Positions 33,900 to 38,456 of a stretch of 38,456 nucleotides of DNA are shown here, piece by piece. Source of the stretch: Spirogloea muscicola (lineage: Eukaryota); NCBI GenBank assembly GCA_009602725.1, contig WELB01000001.1, positions 314,171 to 352,626 of the forward strand, read 5' to 3'. Numbering within the stretch: position 1 is the first letter of the stretch; each line of letters opens with the position of its first letter. Under the pieces are notes generated by a model. That model saw nothing but the letters and a program-made list of their open reading frames with translations. It ran no database searches and was not told the origin of the DNA. Made by a program: the position numbers and the translations under genes.

Positions 33900-35950
33900 G
33901 GTTTCGGTGGTAACACGGGTCGCGTTGCTTATAGTAAATATCTCTGCCGTGGCCACTGCGCCTTCCTCCCAGCGCAGCGCTCCGCCACCGTCCCGCTGGC
34001 TCGCTGTCGGCGCCGTCTTCGTGGAGTCGCGAAGTCGGATTGCATCTCCTCAGCTCGAAAGTCGTCGTGGTGCGGCTTGCCACTTCCGTTTACTTGTCCG
34101 TGGCGATCTTGCCTGCTGCAACCACCACGCTTGCAAGCGGGCAGGTTGATTGCAGGCGACTTTGTCGTCAATCTGCAGCCGCGCACTTTTGACACACGTA
34201 AACATGTGCCATAAGCGGTCGATCAGAGAGAACTCCGCTGGTCTCGTACATTTCAAACGACAGCACCTCATTAACCAGGCTAGGAAGCAAAGTCAGAAAT
34301 GCGATTCAGAGCAGCAGAAATACCAGATCACTAGACATTGTTTGGATTTAGGTTATAGGGATTAGCACAAGCGGCAGTTAATAGAGTGGCCAGTGCAGGT
34401 TGTTTCTGTGCTTGACATCATAAGCCGTTCAGCTGATGTATGTGTTGCACCCAATGCAAGGTTAAAAGTGGCCCCTCTGCAATCGTTGATCTTGGAGATC
34501 TTGGAAAGATGAGCAACTTGAGCTTCAGCCATTGCTCATCAATCTCCTGGTTAGACAGTACATCTGAATCGTGGCGTTTGTCTGCAGCCAGCTTCACTGC
34601 CATTCCCTCTTTTCTGACCTCGCATCTACTTTGTATTGTGACAATGCATCTTCCTATTGGAATCGCGCCTTGCCTAGCCAGTCAAAGTTGCGCATGCAGA
34701 AGAGCAAGTGCTACTGCTTGCAAGCGCCAACCTTTGACTTGCGAAGGTTGATTCTTTGTCAGGGCTGGGTGCACTGTACATCCAATATTTGAAGACTGCC
34801 TTTGCCACATCACTACTGACTCTCACTTATGGGGCCACTGCAAGAATGACGATGCAATGCCCTCCCTCGAGTCTATTGCAGCAGAGAAGTGTTGCCGTGT
34901 TCCCCTGCGCAGATACATCTGATAAGTGTTTGATCAAGCGTGGCATGTATTGACGGGCTGTCCTGGGTACTGACAAACTGAGAGGAGCAAGAAAGGCTGC
35001 GAGGAATTCCATCTTTCTGTAGATCTGCTGCTTCACCTGCTGCTTCACCTGCACTACAGAAGTGTGGACTACGACAGCTACAAAATGCATGCAGCACCTG
35101 GACTGTGCAGGCAACAAGCAATGGCACGCCGGATACCATCGAGCAAAGTGCAGTTTCTCTTCAGTGGCGCTCCAATGTAGAAAGCAGGGCACCGGCACTC
35201 CAATTTTGCATGCTGGAGGCGGCTACTGGTAGCATATGCCACGGAATCTAGATGCCACTGATGATGGTGTAGTATCCAATCAACTTCCAGTCAAAGTCAA
35301 GCTGGTGTGCAGAGACAAGGGGAGAAATACTAGAAGTTCTTCTCAACAATTTCCAGGATCAATCAATGAGAACAAGGAACACCTTGTCCATTCTGGACAA
35401 ATCGTGAAGGTAATTCTTTCTGTCTCTAACAATGATATTGGTACACCATCTTGTTCGCAAGCAGCTCTGACTTCCAACATGTACTGCAATTGGAGCAAGC
35501 AATTGCCGATGGGATAGTCTTGATACACAAGAATAAAACGTGGACATTAGAAAGGGGGCCTGGGTGGGTCTTCAAGATTAAGCGAAATACTGATGGTGCT
35601 ATTGACAAGTACAAGCCAGGTTGATTGCAAAAGGTTGTGCTCAGATAGATTGAATCGATTTCCTCGAAACTTTCGCTTCGACATTTTAATTTGAAGATGT
35701 GAGAATCCTCTTATCACGAGGAGCATGTTTTGATCTCGAAACATCAAATGGATGTACGAACTACAATGGAGATCTACAAGAGAATATCTGGTCCGAAGCA
35801 AGCGTCATGGGCATGGTACCAACGAGTTGGTCAATTTTCATTGAAAAATGGCTTTCCTAGATGCCATTGTGAGTATACAATCCACATAAAGGGGTCCGGT
35901 ATAGAACAACTCGTTCTTGCCTTATTTGTAACTAATTTATGTGTTACTTA
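33900..35950 (-). pseudogene. Decayed Mutator-like (MULE) DDE transposase remnant
   Basis: Frameshifted minus-strand peptides occur in the expected order: LDFDWKLIGYYTIISGI..HMLPVA (first Asp region), ..YP/GVPLLVACTVQVLHAF (C..H region), NRLEGGH (NxxE..H) and a SWIM-like YDV..TCTG...LC. There are many stops and no TIRs were recognised, so the boundaries are approximate. Confidence 0.5.
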
Positions 35951-36480
35951 TAGAACGCTAAGGAAACGAAAAAGTCAGACAGGTCCTAGCTTCAGAACTC
36001 TGAAATGTTAGATGTAGGAGAGGTCAAACAAAACCACACAAAGTCAAACAAGTCAAATGGAAAAAACGGACTAGTACTTCAGATGATATATAAAGCTCTG
36101 GATGCTGCGCCAGTGTCACGAGTAACTTGGCAAGGCCGCCTGCTATGAGCTGCTATAAGCACTACTCAGCAGACCCAAGGACCACCGCAGAAAGTACTAG
36201 CTAGCAGGTGTTGGGTGGCTGAGTTGCAACTCGAGCCAACCTCTACCCGCTGGCTATGGAGCTTCCACAAGTGGTAACATGTATCTTTACAAACCCGACC
36301 AGGCTGCTGAAAGAGCTGCCTCTTATTAGGCAGCCCCAACGTATAGCTGCTTGCGGAGGGGTGCAAGGGAGACTACAACTATTGACTACATAAGGTGCTC
36401 GTATGTCAGCCTTCAAACAGCCTGTAAGCGAGATGAGCTGAACGGGGCGTTCCGCAGAATTGAAGTTGAAGAGACCAAGA

Positions 36481-37803
36481 CTAGCCTTTGTGGCATGCCA
36501 CACACGAGGCAGAACTGGCAGCAAGGCGCGGTAGAGCGAGCTGCCTTAAGTACTTTGCATCCAGAGGTGGCTGCGATGAATGGGGCCGGTCATAGTCGCA
36601 GGCGACCTTGGCGTCGAAGCTGCTGAGGCAGATGGCAAAGGCTTGGAAGGCGGAGAGCGGGTAGCGGTAGTCCATTGTGAATGTGTCCTTGCCAATCTTG
36701 CCGAACTGCAGCAGCACAGGCTTAGCAGGAGAGGACGAGGAGGGGGCAGCAGCGGCCCCCGTGGCACTGCTGCCGTCTCCTGGAACGGCGCTGTTGGGGT
36801 TAGTGACTGAGGTAAAGTCGAAGTAGTAACAAGGTAGCCGTCGGGGAACCTGTGACTGGATTGACTCTTTCATGGCAGAACCGTTCAGTTGGTTAGAGCG
36901 ATCGCACATGGCACCATCCACTAGCTGGAAGTTCTTGATTGACGCCATCGTCACACGGCCCCGGAAGTTGAGGCACCAGCTCTGCGAGGCGACCAATGCA
37001 CTGTGACCGTGAGACCATGGCAGACAGTGCACAAGAGCGGCTGCTGCTGCACTTTGTGGCTCAGAAGCGATCTCACAAGCCAACCAATGCAGCGCTGGGC
37101 TATGGGAGCCCGCGGCTGAGGCTGCCACAGCGGTGCGGCGGGCGGTAGCGGCGGAAGCAACAGTTCACTTGTATCTCCTCGAGCCAACGGGGCTCCTTGC
37201 TCTTCAGCACCATGGGCTCGAGGCCACCGGCATCGGCACCGCCGCAGTCGCTGCCAGGGTACTCGAAGCAGTTTGCCACTGCAGCCGGAATCGCGAACCA
37301 GCTGTGCTGCTGAGCTTCGTCGAGGCGGCGGGATGGGCCCTGGCGGTGGCGATCGCGGCGGTCGCGGCGGTCGCGGCCAGGGAGCTGTCTCTGGCGGAAG
37401 CCGCGGCCATCGCCTGCGCCTGCGCCGGCAGCGGCAACTTGCTGGGCACCGTGAGCAGGGTGCAGGTCATGCGGCCGGGCCCGCGGGGCCCGCGGGTGCC
37501 CGACACCCTGAGCGCGTAGTCCACGGCCACGGTCACGGTGCCGCCATCGCCCCCGCCGCCGCCGCAGGCATCGGGGGCGTCGTCAAAGCCGGTGAACTGG
37601 GTGGAGTGGAAGTTGGCTCGGAGGCGGCTGAGCAAGGGGTCGCCGCCGCCGGCGGCGCTGATGGCGTAGCTAGCGGAGCAAGGCCGCCAGCGGGACTTGC
37701 GCGCGGCGAGCAGGAGGAGCTGGCCGCTGGGCTGCGGCCCCAGGTGCAGCGCGAACATCCTGGCGCGGCGGTCGCGCCGGACGTAGCACTCCACGGCGTG
37801 CAT
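36481..37803 (-). pseudogene. Tubby-like protein (TULP) C-terminal domain, 5'-interrupted and apparently frameshifted
   Basis: [63 protein letters not shown] and [38 protein letters not shown]. There is a frame change between ~37440 and 37215, the usual stop after ACE/D is absent, and a retroelement abuts at 37799. Confidence 0.8.
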
Positions 37804-38456
37804 CGACTAGCGACCTTATGTGTTGACCCATGGTAACTGAGTGGAGCGGGTCAATCTGCTGTAGGTAATGTACGTCTCTAGATGTGCTTGCCTTTGTACT
37901 TTGCCATTTGGCCTTTGTCTGTTTCAAACACACGATGCCTTCCTACTAAGCAAGACACGAGACGAGGCAACAGTACTCACTTATTCTTTCCGGGCTGTCC
38001 TCAGCCTCTGCTCCTCTTTTAGGGGCGCTTCTCTATATCTGCTGTGCTTTGCTTGCCTTTGTACTTGGCCTTCTACTTCGTGTTACAGGAAGAAAGTGCT
38101 CGCCCATTGAGGATAGAAGATGAGCTCGCCCATAGAAGAGAGGGGCTGGCAGAAGCCAGCCAAAAAAGAATGGACAAAATTCAAAAGAAGGGAAACACAC
38201 TAGCTAGGCATCGAGACAACTAGACATGACGGAACCACACGAAGTTCAAAACCCGCGGGTGAGCAACATCAGGTCAGAGTAGCTCGAAGCTGGAAAAGAT
38301 GCAGCCGGACGAGACCCGGAAGCAGCAACAAGAGCACGGCCCGCGCGCGAGTGGACGGCATGGGCGAGGGAGCGTTGAAGGGACACGGAGAGCCGCATCC
38401 GGAAAACCTGGGCCAGGGAGCCGGCCGCGTTGAAGCCGGGCAGCCCCCCTGGCGGA
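37799..38456. mobile_element. CRE-like island at window end: family E end (+, 37799-37930), UTR fragment (~37980-38035), family C end (-, 38456-38090)
   Basis: The minus strand from 38456 reads LPGFNAAGSLAQVFRMRLSVSLQRSLAHAVHSRAGRALVAASGSRPAASFPASSYSDLMLLTRGF*, with a UTR matching 9832-10100. Confidence 0.85.

Noticed and set aside
33001..34149. 382-aa + strand ORF
   Set aside because: A chance fusion of the TSSC4 antisense leader, three retroelement fragments and GC-rich sequence, with no coherent protein.

Overview
Eukaryotic, intron-rich nuclear DNA with plant-type genes and very GC-rich, (GCC)n-laden first exons. It is most consistent with a streptophyte green alga (inference; species not identifiable from the sequence). 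Genes reconstructed by splicing across the ORF track are: a GH5 glucan 1,3-beta-glucosidase-like gene with three fascin/beta-trefoil modules (+, 5' incomplete), COR413-PM (+) behind an ABRE/G-box cluster, an E. coli-type TatD (-), MTHFR (+), NOB1 (-, no in-frame AUG, ACG in Kozak context), a PIGZ/SMP3-like GPI mannosyltransferase (+, 5' end defective), TSSC4 (-) and a damaged Tubby-like gene (-). A decayed Mutator-like transposase is also present. The most striking unexplained structure is about 19 short, 5'-truncated 3' ends of roughly eight divergent families of restriction-like-endonuclease (CRE-like) non-LTR retrotransposons. They are stacked mostly head-to-tail in five islands (the largest at 5.6-10.3 kb) and were not seen in introns. 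They share a C-terminal 'SDLxxLTRGY*' peptide, a poly(A)-less end and, in most families, a covarying GGCTG/CAGCC 3'-UTR hairpin. Exon and element boundaries were read by eye and may be off by a few bases.
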